A DNA stretch of 32,000 nt from NCBI RefSeq assembly GCF_003945235.1, contig NZ_RSDW01000001.1:5940001-5972000 (forward strand), read 5' to 3'. Positions 1 through 8,400 of this stretch are shown here, in pieces (the stretch's first letter is position 1; every line of letters starts with the position of its first letter). The stretch comes from Edaphobacter aggregans. GTDB lineage: Bacteria; Acidobacteriota; Terriglobia; Terriglobales; Acidobacteriaceae. The notes under the pieces are model-generated. The model was given only the letters and a program-made list of their open reading frames with translations. It was not told the DNA's origin and made no database searches. Both the position numbers and the translations under genes were made by a program.

Positions 1-751
1 TGGGCACCTGAAAGACGACACGCATAATGGTGAGAATGAGGCAGAGTTCTGCGAAGCCGAGAACGCCGTAGGGGATCATCTTGCCGACCATAAGGCCGAG
101 GGGAGCGACGGGAGTCATGGTGAGTTGCTCCAGTGTGCCGCGCTCGCGTTCGCGGACCAGGCTGAGGGCGATGAGCAGGATGATCATGACTTGCAGAAGA
201 ACGGCGATGAGGCCTGGCACGAAGAAGTTCGCCGAGCGAGTGGCGGGGTTGTAGAGGACGGATGGGCGCACCTCAATGGGCATCTGCGATGAACCGAGGA
301 TGCGGCGGAGGGATTGTTCGAGGGCGACTCCGGTAGAGGCATTGACGGCTTGTGCGGCGACGGTGGTGTCGGAGCCGTCGATGAGGACGAGGACGGTGGC
401 GGTTGCACCGCTTTGGAGTTGGCGGGCGTAGTCATAGGGAATTTTGATTGCGACGCGCGCTTTGCCTGCGCGCATGGCGGTGTACATGTCTGCGTTGGAT
501 TGAACGGTAACGGCGAGGCGGAAGGTGTCGGATGCCGCGAAGCTCTCGAGTAGCTGGCGGCTCTGCTGGGTGTGGGATTCATCAAGGACGACGGTTGGGA
601 TTTGCCTGATGTTGGTGTCGACTGCGAAGCCGAAGAGAAATAACTGGATGAGTGGGATGACGAGTGCGAAGAAGAGGGTACCGGGGTCGCGAACGATATG
701 GGTGAACTCTTTGCGGCAGACGGGCAGGAGACCGTAGAAAAGTGACTTCAT
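1..751 (-). CDS. ABC-2 type transporter permease, partial (3' end lies beyond the left window edge)
   Basis: Absent from the ORF track because it is open at the window edge. The reverse complement from 751 reads ATG AAG TCA... = [31 protein letters not shown]..., a typical N-terminus of ABC-2 membrane subunits. Its ATG overlaps the TGA of the upstream ATPase gene (ATGA, 748-751). The listed ORFs 184-585(-) and 314-553(+) are other-frame shadows. Confidence 0.8.
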   Translation of the reverse strand, partial: MKSLFYGLLPVCRKEFTHIVRDPGTLFFALVIPLIQLFLFGFAVDTNIRQIPTVVLDESHTQQSRQLLESFAASDTFRLAVTVQSNADMYTAMRAGKARVAIKIPYDYARQLQSGATATVLVLIDGSDTTVAAQAVNASTGVALEQSLRRILGSSQMPIEVRPSVLYNPATRSANFFVPGLIAVLLQVMIILLIALSLVRERERGTLEQLTMTPVAPLGLMVGKMIPYGVLGFAELCLILTIMRVVFQVP

Positions 752-1677
752 TTCGCGGCCTCCATGATCTGGTAGGTCAGGGTGACGAAGACATCTTCGA
801 GCGAAGGCACAATGGGTTGGATCTTAGCTTGAGGGAACTGCGTGCGGAGGGAGTCCATCTTCGTGGTCTCAACGAGAGAGTGAATGGAGCGGCCGAAGAT
901 AGTGGCTTCGCGTACGCCGGGTTGTTTGCGCAATGCTGCCAGGATTGTGGAGGTGTCAGGCGTTTCGATCTCTACGCGTGATGTGCCGGCGGGATTGGCT
1001 TCGGGCAGATGCTGGAGTTCGCCGATGGTGCCGAGAGCGACCAGCTTTGACATGTAGATGTAGCCGACACGGCCGCAACGCTCGGCTTCGTCCATGTAGT
1101 GAGTGGTGACGAAGAAGGTGACGCCCTGTCCGGAGAGGAGGAAAAAAAGATCCCAGAGAGAGCGGCGTGCGACGGGGTCGATGCCGGCGGTGGGCTCGTC
1201 GAGGAAGACGACCTCAGGCGAATGGATGATGGCACAGCCGAGAGCGAGGCGCTGTTTCCAACCGCCGGAGAGAGCGTTGACTCGGCGGTGAAGGTAGGGC
1301 TGGAGGCCGGTGAGGGCGAGGATCTCCTGGATGCGCTGCGTCGCGCGGGGGCCGGTGATGCCGTAGACGCCGGAGTAGAAGCCGAGGTTCTCGGATACGG
1401 TGAGATCTTCGTAGAGGCCGAATTCTTGCGACATGTAGCCGACGTGCCGTTTGATTTCGGCGGCGTCTTTGCGGATGTCCATGCCGAGGATGGTGCCGGT
1501 ACCTTCGTTAGGTGGAATGAGTCCGCAGAGGGCTTTGATGATGGTGGTTTTGCCCGAGCCGTTGGGGCCGAGGAAGCCGAAGAGCTCTCCTTTGTTGATC
1601 TCGAAGGAGACGTCGCTGACTGCGGTGAAGTCTCCGAAGCGGATGGTGAGGTGGTCGGCGGTGATGACTGGAGTCAT
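748..1677 (-). CDS. ABC transporter ATP-binding protein
   Basis: 309-aa ORF with Walker [11 protein letters not shown]-loop GYMSQEF, ABC signature LSGGWKQRL, Walker [13 protein letters not shown] and H-loop TTHYM. ATGA start/stop overlaps with both neighbours (1674-1677 and 748-751). Confidence 0.95.
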   Translation of the reverse strand: MTPVITADHLTIRFGDFTAVSDVSFEINKGELFGFLGPNGSGKTTIIKALCGLIPPNEGTGTILGMDIRKDAAEIKRHVGYMSQEFGLYEDLTVSENLGFYSGVYGITGPRATQRIQEILALTGLQPYLHRRVNALSGGWKQRLALGCAIIHSPEVVFLDEPTAGIDPVARRSLWDLFFLLSGQGVTFFVTTHYMDEAERCGRVGYIYMSKLVALGTIGELQHLPEANPAGTSRVEIETPDTSTILAALRKQPGVREATIFGRSIHSLVETTKMDSLRTQFPQAKIQPIVPSLEDVFVTLTYQIMEAAK

Positions 1678-2804
1678 TGCAGCCGCACCGTTGCGGACAT
1701 ACCGGATTTCAGGACGCCGTCTGGATTGTCAACGCGGACTTTGACACCAAAGACCTGATGCTGGCGGTCGTCGGGAGTCTGGACGTTTCGCGGAAGGAAC
1801 TCTGCCTGGGCGGCGATCTCCTGAATGTGGCCGGTGAAGGGACGTCCGTGAAGGGAGTCAACCTCGACGTGCGTGGATTGGCCAACACGGACCGCGGCGA
1901 GATCGGTTTCCGGAACGTAGACCTTGACCCAGAGCTGTGAGGATTCGAGCATGGTGACAACGATCCTTCCGGGGCCGACGAGGTCGCCGGTGCGCACGCT
2001 GACTGTCTGGACGATTCCGTCTGCAGGCGCGGAGAGCTCGGCTTCTTTCAACTGCACGTCGAGTTGATTGATGCGCGCCTGAGCCTCGTCCATCTTTGCA
2101 CGGCCAGAGTCGATATCCTCCTTGCGATAGCCGCGCTGCATAAGATCCGATGCAGCCTGTGCCTGGCGGTAGCGCTGCAGGGCCGCCTGGATATCTTCTT
2201 TGCGCGTGCCTGCCTGTAGAAGTGCGAGGCGCTGACGAAGCGATTCGGCCTTCTGGGCGGTTGCGTCGCGCGTTGCCTTTGCATTGTCGAATTGCTGGCG
2301 AGAGATGGTATCGCCACGAACGAGCGTCTGCATGCGTTCGAAGTTCGTTTGGGCGTTGATGGCGTCGGCGTTGGCGGCGGCGTATTCAGCTTGTGCCTGC
2401 TGGAGCTCCTGCGACCTTGGACCGTTTTGTGCAGCGTCGAGCATGGCGCGCTGCTCCTGTGCGGTAGCCTGTGCCTGGGCGATCTCTTCGGGGCGATAGC
2501 CGCGTTGCAGGCGATGGTAGTCAGCCTGGGCTTGTTCGAACTGCGCTTGCACCTGTGCGCGCTGGTCCTTGAGATCGTCGAACTCGAAGCGTACGAGAAT
2601 GGAGCCAGCTTTTACTGCCTGACCTTCTTCGACGAGAACGTCGGTCACGCGGCCGCCGATCTTCGAGCCGATCTGGATCTCGCGGGTTTCTATGGTGCCC
2701 GAGTAGACGAAGGAGTCTTTTGGATTTGTGCAGGAATGAATGAGCCATCCGGTGAGGACAAGTATTGCAAGGGCAGCGATTGCGAGAATGACTTTGCGTT
2801 TCAA
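1674..2804 (-). CDS. HlyD/YbhG-type membrane-fusion (periplasmic adaptor) protein
   Basis: N-terminal membrane anchor ([18 protein letters not shown]), a long Q/A/E/R-rich coiled-coil centre and a C-terminal beta-rich segment ([11 protein letters not shown]...[23 protein letters not shown]). I place the start at TTG 2804, which has GGAGGGG 5 nt upstream and a TTGA overlap with the TetR stop. The track's ATG at 2888 would overlap the TetR gene by 88 nt. Confidence 0.85.
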   Translation of the reverse strand: MKRKVILAIAALAILVLTGWLIHSCTNPKDSFVYSGTIETREIQIGSKIGGRVTDVLVEEGQAVKAGSILVRFEFDDLKDQRAQVQAQFEQAQADYHRLQRGYRPEEIAQAQATAQEQRAMLDAAQNGPRSQELQQAQAEYAAANADAINAQTNFERMQTLVRGDTISRQQFDNAKATRDATAQKAESLRQRLALLQAGTRKEDIQAALQRYRQAQAASDLMQRGYRKEDIDSGRAKMDEAQARINQLDVQLKEAELSAPADGIVQTVSVRTGDLVGPGRIVVTMLESSQLWVKVYVPETDLAAVRVGQSTHVEVDSLHGRPFTGHIQEIAAQAEFLPRNVQTPDDRQHQVFGVKVRVDNPDGVLKSGMSATVRLQ

Positions 2805-3400
2805 GCAATCCCCTCCATGCCGAGCTTCAAGCGGGCGCGCATGTTGGTAAGCAACCAGGCGCCGGGTTCCTCTTCGCGGATAAGCCACTCAAGAGTGGTT
2901 GCCATGTAGATGGCGAAGAGTGTCTCGGCAATGAGCTGAGGGGTGGCGGCGTTGCGGCGTGGAATGCGCTTGATGGCACTACTGAGTATGTTGATTGCTT
3001 CCTTGCGAGCCGCCATCATGGGGCCGTTAGTGACCTGCTGGAACCAGAGGCTGAGTAGCAGGCGTCGCGATTTGGCCGCGATCCGCGTGTTTTCGTCAGT
3101 TATGTCGAGAAAGAGTGCGATCACATCGTCGAATGTGAGCCTGTGACTGCCTTCACCGAATTGAGAGACGATTGTCTTCAGTTTTTCGACGCGGGTGCTG
3201 GCGATTTCACGAAGTATCAACTCCTTTTGCGGGAAGTAGTTGAAGAAGGTCGCTCGCGAGATGCCGACTGTGTCGCAGATCATCTCGACGGAGACGTCTT
3301 CGTATCCGTGAGCGGCGAAGAGTTCGAAGGCGACCCGGACGATCTCTGTTCGCGTGTAATGTTTCTGCTTTTCGCGCAACGAAAGTGTACTACGAACCAT
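2801..3400 (-). CDS. TetR/AcrR family transcriptional regulator
   Basis: 199-aa ORF with an N-terminal TetR-type HTH (GYEDVSVEMICDTVGISRATFFNYFPQKE). It is the first gene of the efflux operon, and a palindromic operator lies 3 nt upstream of its ATG. Confidence 0.9.
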   Translation of the reverse strand: MVRSTLSLREKQKHYTRTEIVRVAFELFAAHGYEDVSVEMICDTVGISRATFFNYFPQKELILREIASTRVEKLKTIVSQFGEGSHRLTFDDVIALFLDITDENTRIAAKSRRLLLSLWFQQVTNGPMMAARKEAINILSSAIKRIPRRNAATPQLIAETLFAIYMATTLEWLIREEEPGAWLLTNMRARLKLGMEGIA

Positions 3401-3749
3401 AACTTGGACTATAGTCCAACAATTCTCTATTCGTCAAAATTCTCTCTCCCTTCATCAAGAGATGCGGTAACCGAAGGGTAAACGTTTCTTGGCTCCATGC
3501 AATCCATATTGGTCGTGCAGCTATTCTCAGCTTCATCAGGTTACTAACGACATACTGATCCAGGTAGATGATTTTCTTGTGCAGCTTTGGCAGCGCGAAG
3601 CGATTCACCATGTCCCAGCAGTCCCGGCACAGTCTCGAATTGCTGTTACCGCTGATTGTGAGAACGCCAAGGGTTTCGTGCCCACACTTCGGGCAGGTCT
3701 TATACGGCGGCGAGATGAAGTCCCTGGGGTTGAACCTCGTTTCTGTCAT
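3390..3749 (-). CDS. Hypothetical zinc-ribbon protein, probably a 5' gene fragment (3'-truncated)
   Basis: From the internal ATG at 3749 the ORF reads MTETRFNPRDFISPPYKTCPKCGHETLGVL...LCRDCWDMV...KKIIYLDQYVVSNLMKL, with a CxxC...CxxC zinc ribbon. After about residue 70 the codons turn rare (aga, ata, cga). The reading frame then runs through the TetR operator and into the TetR start codon. The 69 residues upstream in the track ORF (start 3956) are not protein-like. Confidence 0.4.
   Translation of the reverse strand: MTETRFNPRDFISPPYKTCPKCGHETLGVLTISGNSNSRLCRDCWDMVNRFALPKLHKKIIYLDQYVVSNLMKLRIAARPIWIAWSQETFTLRLPHLLMKGERILTNRELLDYSPSYGS
3404..3419. promoter_or_regulatory. Perfect 16-bp palindrome TTGGACTATAGTCCAA, probable TetR operator
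   Basis: Read directly: the sequence at 3404-3419 equals its own reverse complement. It sits immediately upstream of the TetR start codon (3400), the usual place for an autoregulatory TetR operator. Confidence 0.6.
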
Positions 3750-3816
3750 TCTGGGGCTCTTTGGATAGCAGCTTGTCCGTAAAACTGTTTTCGATATTGG
3801 ACACTGTGAATTTATT

Positions 3817-3842
3817 TGTCCGATAATGTATGGTCCGCCGCT
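3817..3842 (+). repeat. IS end motif, copy A (TGTCCGATAATGTATGGTCCGCCGCT)
   Basis: Read directly. It shares TGTCCG, TAATG and the 13-nt core ATGGTCCGCCGCT with copy C in inverted orientation, and CCGATAAT / GGTCC / CCG / CGCT with copy B. Confidence 0.7.
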
Positions 3843-4072
3843 TGACTGCAAGGGTGAGTTTGGTCGAGAGACAAGTCTGCGGCAAGGTATTCGGCCTTTT
3901 GATGGAGCCGCGTGCTCCTGGCCAGGATGAGTTCCGCTGCGTATCCGTCCTAACAAGCCGAGCGGTCGGTGGGACCATTATCGGAAACAGGCTTCAGACA
4001 CGCCTTTTTGACTGTTCTTTCGTCTGTACTGTTCCTGTGCAGACTTCGTGGAAAGCTTATTTCTGCGATGTC
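3843..4072 (-). ncRNA. Candidate bridge/seek RNA region in the non-coding tail of the IS
   Basis: About 230 nt between the transposase stop and the terminal repeat has no credible ORF. It contains an internal copy of the end motif (3984-3961). It also has long-range complementarity (AAGTCTGC 4046-4039 with GCAGACTT 3880-3873) and a local hairpin GGAGC-ACGCG-GCTCC (3918-3904). The assignment rests on family knowledge; the extent and even the side of the gene are uncertain. Confidence 0.35.
3961..3984 (-). repeat. IS end motif, internal copy B (CCGATAATGGTCCCACCGACCGCT)
   Basis: Read directly on the minus strand. It is inverted relative to copy A, 118 nt away, so the transcript could pair B with the complement of A (blocks of 8+3+3+5 bp). 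Confidence 0.6.
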
Positions 4073-5104
4073 TTATGCCGCTGCTGTGTTGACAGCGGGT
4101 CTGTAATCTTCACCAGTCGACAGGACGGCCCATGCGATACGTGCGATCTTGTTGGCCATGGCCACGACCATCACGTTGCGTGGTGCTCTGGCTTCCAGTG
4201 CGTTCATCCATGCTCCGATCGGGAAGCGATCTCGCTTGATACGCATCGCCGCGGCGCGTGCGCCATGTATCAGGATCTTGCGCAGATAGATGTTGCCGCG
4301 CTTGCTGATGCCCAGCAGTCTGGCCCTGCCACCGGTCGAATACTGTCGCGGTACGAGGCCGAGCCATGCAGCAAAGTCTCGTCCCTTGCGGAAGGCTGCA
4401 CCGTTGCCGATGGCTGCCACGATAGCCGTCGCAACGATAGGCCCGATACCCGGTATCTGCCGAATACGGCGGCAAGCTGCGTCGCTATCGGCAATCTGTT
4501 CGAGCCTGTCGGTCAGTTCTTCAATCTGCTCTTCAACGGTCTTCCACTCGTCCCACAGGATACCAATGAGGTGGCGCATCATCGGAGTTAGCGCGTTGTC
4601 TGCGTTCTCGAGAACATCGGCCATAGCGGCCCTTAGCTTCGCCGGCTTCTGAGCAAACACCATACCGCGTTCTAGCAGGAAAGCTCTGATCTGGTTGATG
4701 ACTGCTGTTCGTCGCGATACCAGCCGATCACGAATCCGATGCATCGCCTGGAGATCGAGCTGGTCGTCCGTCTTGATCGGAACAAAGCGCATGTTCTTGC
4801 GCTCGACGGCTTCGGCTATGGCTTCCGCATCGACGAAGTCGTTCTTGTTGGACTTCACAAACGGCTTCACGAACTGCGCCGCGATCAGCCGCACGTCATG
4901 ACCCTGCTGCCGCAACGCTCGACCAAGAAAATGTGCACCGGAGCAGGCTTCCAGACCGATCAGAGAAGTCTGCAGGTTCGCCGTGAATGCCAGCAGCTGC
5001 TTCTGTGAAAACTTCTTCTTCACCAGCACCTTGCCCGATGCTCCCAGTGCGACAAAGTGAAACGTCGTCTTGCCCAGGTCAATGCCTACCGAACGTATCT
5101 GCAT
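4073..5104 (-). CDS. IS110 family transposase (DEDD recombinase)
   Basis: 343-aa ORF. The N-terminus MQIRSVGIDLGKTTFHFVALG...GLEACSGAHF...NDFVDAEAIAEA is RuvC-like DEDD. The C-terminus IPGIGPIVATAIVAAIGNGAAF...GLVPRQYSTGGRARLLGISKRGNIYLRKILIHGA is the helix-hairpin-helix / catalytic Ser region. RBS GAGGAGG lies 9 nt upstream of the ATG. Confidence 0.93.
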   Translation of the reverse strand: MQIRSVGIDLGKTTFHFVALGASGKVLVKKKFSQKQLLAFTANLQTSLIGLEACSGAHFLGRALRQQGHDVRLIAAQFVKPFVKSNKNDFVDAEAIAEAVERKNMRFVPIKTDDQLDLQAMHRIRDRLVSRRTAVINQIRAFLLERGMVFAQKPAKLRAAMADVLENADNALTPMMRHLIGILWDEWKTVEEQIEELTDRLEQIADSDAACRRIRQIPGIGPIVATAIVAAIGNGAAFRKGRDFAAWLGLVPRQYSTGGRARLLGISKRGNIYLRKILIHGARAAAMRIKRDRFPIGAWMNALEARAPRNVMVVAMANKIARIAWAVLSTGEDYRPAVNTAAA

Positions 5105-5161
5105 GTCGATGATCCTCCTCTGAAACCGCTGCTACTATCCTCCGCCTCAGCGGAGGGTTAC

Positions 5162-5197
5162 AGCGGCGGACCATCTCATTAGCCGACTATACGGACA
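5162..5197 (-). repeat. IS end motif, copy C (TGTCCGTATAGTCGGCTAATGAGATGGTCCGCCGCT)
   Basis: Read directly on the minus strand, 58-93 nt upstream of the transposase ATG. The 13-nt core is identical to copy A. Confidence 0.7.
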
Positions 5198-5417
5198 TAT
5201 GAACCTCCCGGCGGGCAACATCGTAAATACATCTGGCGCAACTATTCCTAGTCGGCACACCTGAATCGGAAACCCTCTCCCCCCTGATGTTGTGATACCC
5301 CCTGGTTCAAAACCGTCGGCAATTTCGGGGAAGCTACAACTTTTGGGGTACTGATCATTCATAGTGTGAGAAAACCGTTGGAATCACTTAAGTTTCAGTT
5401 AGAATCCGTTCGAACAT

Positions 5418-8400
5418 ATGAAGACCTGGTTACTGTCCCCCATTCGTCTTGGGCTCTATTGCGTTATTTTCTGCCTTGCAATTGTTGGATGTGGAGGCCC
5501 TGGCTCTTCACAGAACAGTTCGCCTCCGGTGGTTCCCCTCGCTATCCAGTCGATCACGCCGAGTAGCGTTCCGGTGGGAAGCGCGCCGCTTACAATTACG
5601 ATTTCAGGTACCGGCTTTACGACGTCGAGTCTCGTCACCGTGAACGGTACACAGGTGCCAACGGTGTACGTTAGCGCTGCGCAGTTGCAAGCAACGATCC
5701 CGGCCGGCCAGATTGCATCCGGTACCCAATTGCAGGTCGGAGTTGCCAATGGCGCTGGTAGCGCAACCGGGACGACCGTCACTCTGGTTGTCGATAATCC
5801 GGCGCCCGTGCTCCAAGGCGTTGCTCCTTCCACGATTGTTGCAGGCACATCGAGTGCGAGCCTGACGCTAACGGGCAGTGGCTTTGTTCCAACTTCTATC
5901 GCCAGCTTTAACGGGAGCACCAGGACGACCACGTTCACAAACGGGACACAGGTCACTGTATCTCTGACAGCCGCCGACCTGGCTGTCGCCGCAAACGCGA
6001 CCATTACGGTTACAAATTCTGCGCCTGGCGGTGGTACGTCGTCAGGGCAACAGTTGAACATCGTGAATCCGTTGCCGACGCTCAAGTTTGTCTCCCCCTC
6101 GAGCATTCCTGCGGGAAGTCAGGCAACCTCAATCGATATTGTAGGCACCAATTTTCTGCCGACGGCCATCGTATTCTGGAATAACACCACTCTGACGTCG
6201 ACATATATTAGTTCCACTGAGCTTAATGCGACGGTGCCAGCAACATCGCTCGCGACAGGAGCAACGGCTTCGGTTACTGTCGCGAACCCGGTGCCGGGAG
6301 GTGGCGTTTCTGCCCCGTTCAATCTTTCGGTCGTCAGTCCGAAGCCGGTACTCAACTCCATTCTGCCGGGGAACGTTTCTACCGGCAGCGCTTCAGCGAC
6401 GATTAATCTGACTGGATCTGGCTTCGAAACAAACTCAGTCGTTCAGTGGAATGGGTCTGCCCGGCCGACGACCTTCGTCAGCATGACGTCGCTGCAGGTG
6501 ACCCTTTCGTCGGCTGATCTGATGAACAGTGGCACGGGAAAGCTAACAGTCACGAATCCTGTACCCGGCGGAGGGTCAAGCTCCGCTAGCACACTGAACA
6601 TCACCTCTTTCCCGATACCTGCTATTCAAGCGATCACACTCTCGGCCCAAGCCGCGGCGGGATGCTCGACTATCCAGGCAACGATTACTGGGACTAACCT
6701 GGCGTCCGGGGACACCGTTCAGCTCAACGGTGTCTCTCTGAGGGCGAGCCAGATCTACGTCCCTACCGCTAACAATTATGGACTGCTCGTCTCGCTGCCT
6801 GCTTCGGCGATCCCCCAATCGGGGCCGCTCAACTTCACCGTGTCGAATAACTTCTTTTCGCCAGCCGTATCGGATCCATATACGCTTCCAGTTACTACCC
6901 CAGCAATCGTGGCGCTCTGCTCGTCGCCTGCGCCTGCAAACGTCTATGCAAACACAAGCTTCACGGTCTCTCTCACCGCGGCGGAGATCAATTCGACTAT
7001 AGTGCCGACCGTCTCGCTTGGCGCACTTCCCATTGGGATCACACTTACCTCTCCGGGGTGGATCTCCATCCCGACATCAGGGGTCGCGCTGACCTTCATG
7101 GCGTCGGCGAGTGTCGTACCTGGTACTTACTCGATTCCCATCACCGGCCAGGCCGGTTCACTCTCCCTCACTGGCTCTATTTCGTTGAACGTCCAGTCCG
7201 GCTTGCCGCCAAACTTTTTCTTCAGCCAACCCTTGTTCAGGGAACTCGGCGTGCCGATCGGAGGTTCGAATCAAATACAGTTCAATGCAATCGCTAATGG
7301 AGCTGATTACAACATCGTTCCGTCGATCAGCGGGCTTCCACCGGGAACGACTGCGACCGTTACACCATCGACCATCATTCCTGGCCAGTCGGTCACCGTG
7401 GTCATCACTGCCTCTTCAACGGCCCCTGCGAGTCGGAACGTTAGTGTAACGCTGACAGGCACACCGGTAGTGCCGGTTTCATCCTCACAGATCGCCTTCC
7501 TCGTTGATGTCACCCCCGCCCCCGGCTCGCTCCCAGGCAATCGTACCGACTTCGTCTCGATTGGTGGAACGCCGTACTCGGTGGTCTATGACCGGCCTAT
7601 GAACTTGATCTTCGCGAGCAATCCGTCATGGAACCGGATCGATATCATTTCGAACAAGACTCATCTACTCCAGCAGAGTATCGCCGTACGAGGACCGCAG
7701 GCGCTCGATGTCTCTCAAGATGGATCGACATTGTGGATCGGTACAAATTCACAGCAGGTCTTTGCGATGGACACGACGACTTTCGCCTTGACACGATACC
7801 AGCTGCCGCCTATTTCAGGGGGTAGCTGGGAGGATAATCAGTTACTGGCTCTGGCAGACGGTACGCTGCTGCTGGATGTATCTCCGGCAGCGGGGGATGG
7901 AATTTGGATCAATGCAGTCTGGACGCCGGGAACAAACCAAGTGACGGTGCTAGGGTCCACAGATTATTTCAATCTGCGAAGCGGGGACGGCACCAAGGCG
8001 TATGGCACTACCTATGCCTCCGGCTACACATCCGTCGTCTATAGTGTTGCGACCAAAGCATTGACGAACCTGCCTTTGATTGGCCAAGGGTACAACCTTG
8101 TTGCGGTGAACCAAGATGGTTCGCGACTCGTTGGCGGTGACAATGGCCTCTACGACGGCTCAGCGCAGCCGATAGGCAAGCTGCCGGCGTACTTGAGCAG
8201 TTTTTCCTTTCCGGAGTATGGCGCGACTGTGTTCAGTCCTGATGGAACGACGCTCTATCAGATCGCTTCCGGAGGAGGTTCATTTATCGCGACGATCGAT
8301 GTTGCGAGCCTCTCCTTGAAGGGGCTTGCTCCCGCTCTGGCGACGCTGCCGAATGGAGTGAGTGAAACTCCCGTCGAAACCAGCGGTGTGAGTGTGGACA

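Larger units (their letters stand above)
3817..5197 (-). mobile_element. IS110-family (IS1111-like) insertion sequence, approximate boundaries
   Basis: A single DEDD-type transposase gene is flanked by inverted copies of one motif (3817-3842 on + and 5197-5162 on -, with an identical 13-nt core ATGGTCCGCCGCT). The implied size of about 1.38 kb fits the family. Exact termini cannot be fixed from one copy. Confidence 0.65.

Noticed and set aside
184-737. Track ORFs 184-585(-), 314-553(+) and 525-737(+) at the left edge
   Set aside because: Pro/Ser/Ala-rich or Gly/Asp-rich low-complexity translations in the wrong frames. The region is fully explained by the edge-truncated ABC-2 permease read from ATG 751 on the minus strand.
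3750-3956. N-terminal 69 residues of the 188-aa track ORF (start 3956)
   Set aside because: The sequence (MLGRIRSGTHPGQEHAAPSKGRIPCRRLVSRPNSPLQSSGG...) is not protein-like and runs through the IS terminal repeat. The internal ATG at 3749 is the more plausible start.
3830-4591. 253-aa ORF on the + strand overlapping the transposase gene and the IS tail
   Set aside because: It is antisense to a well-supported IS110 transposase. The translation is Cys/Arg-rich with no recognisable motif and no RBS, so it is treated as a shadow ORF.
5456-6106. 216-aa antisense ORF inside the giant lipoprotein gene, and similar long antisense or off-frame ORFs: 1099-1758(+), 2292-2909(+), 12195-12953(+), 13185-13904(+), 17665-18831(+), 21660-22361(-), 27939-28382(-), 28980-29423(-), 29976-30593(-)
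   Set aside because: All lie entirely within strongly supported genes on the opposite strand or in another frame. Their composition is low-complexity (Arg/Gly/Val/Asp-rich) and they have no motifs. This is the usual stop-codon depletion opposite GC-biased codons.
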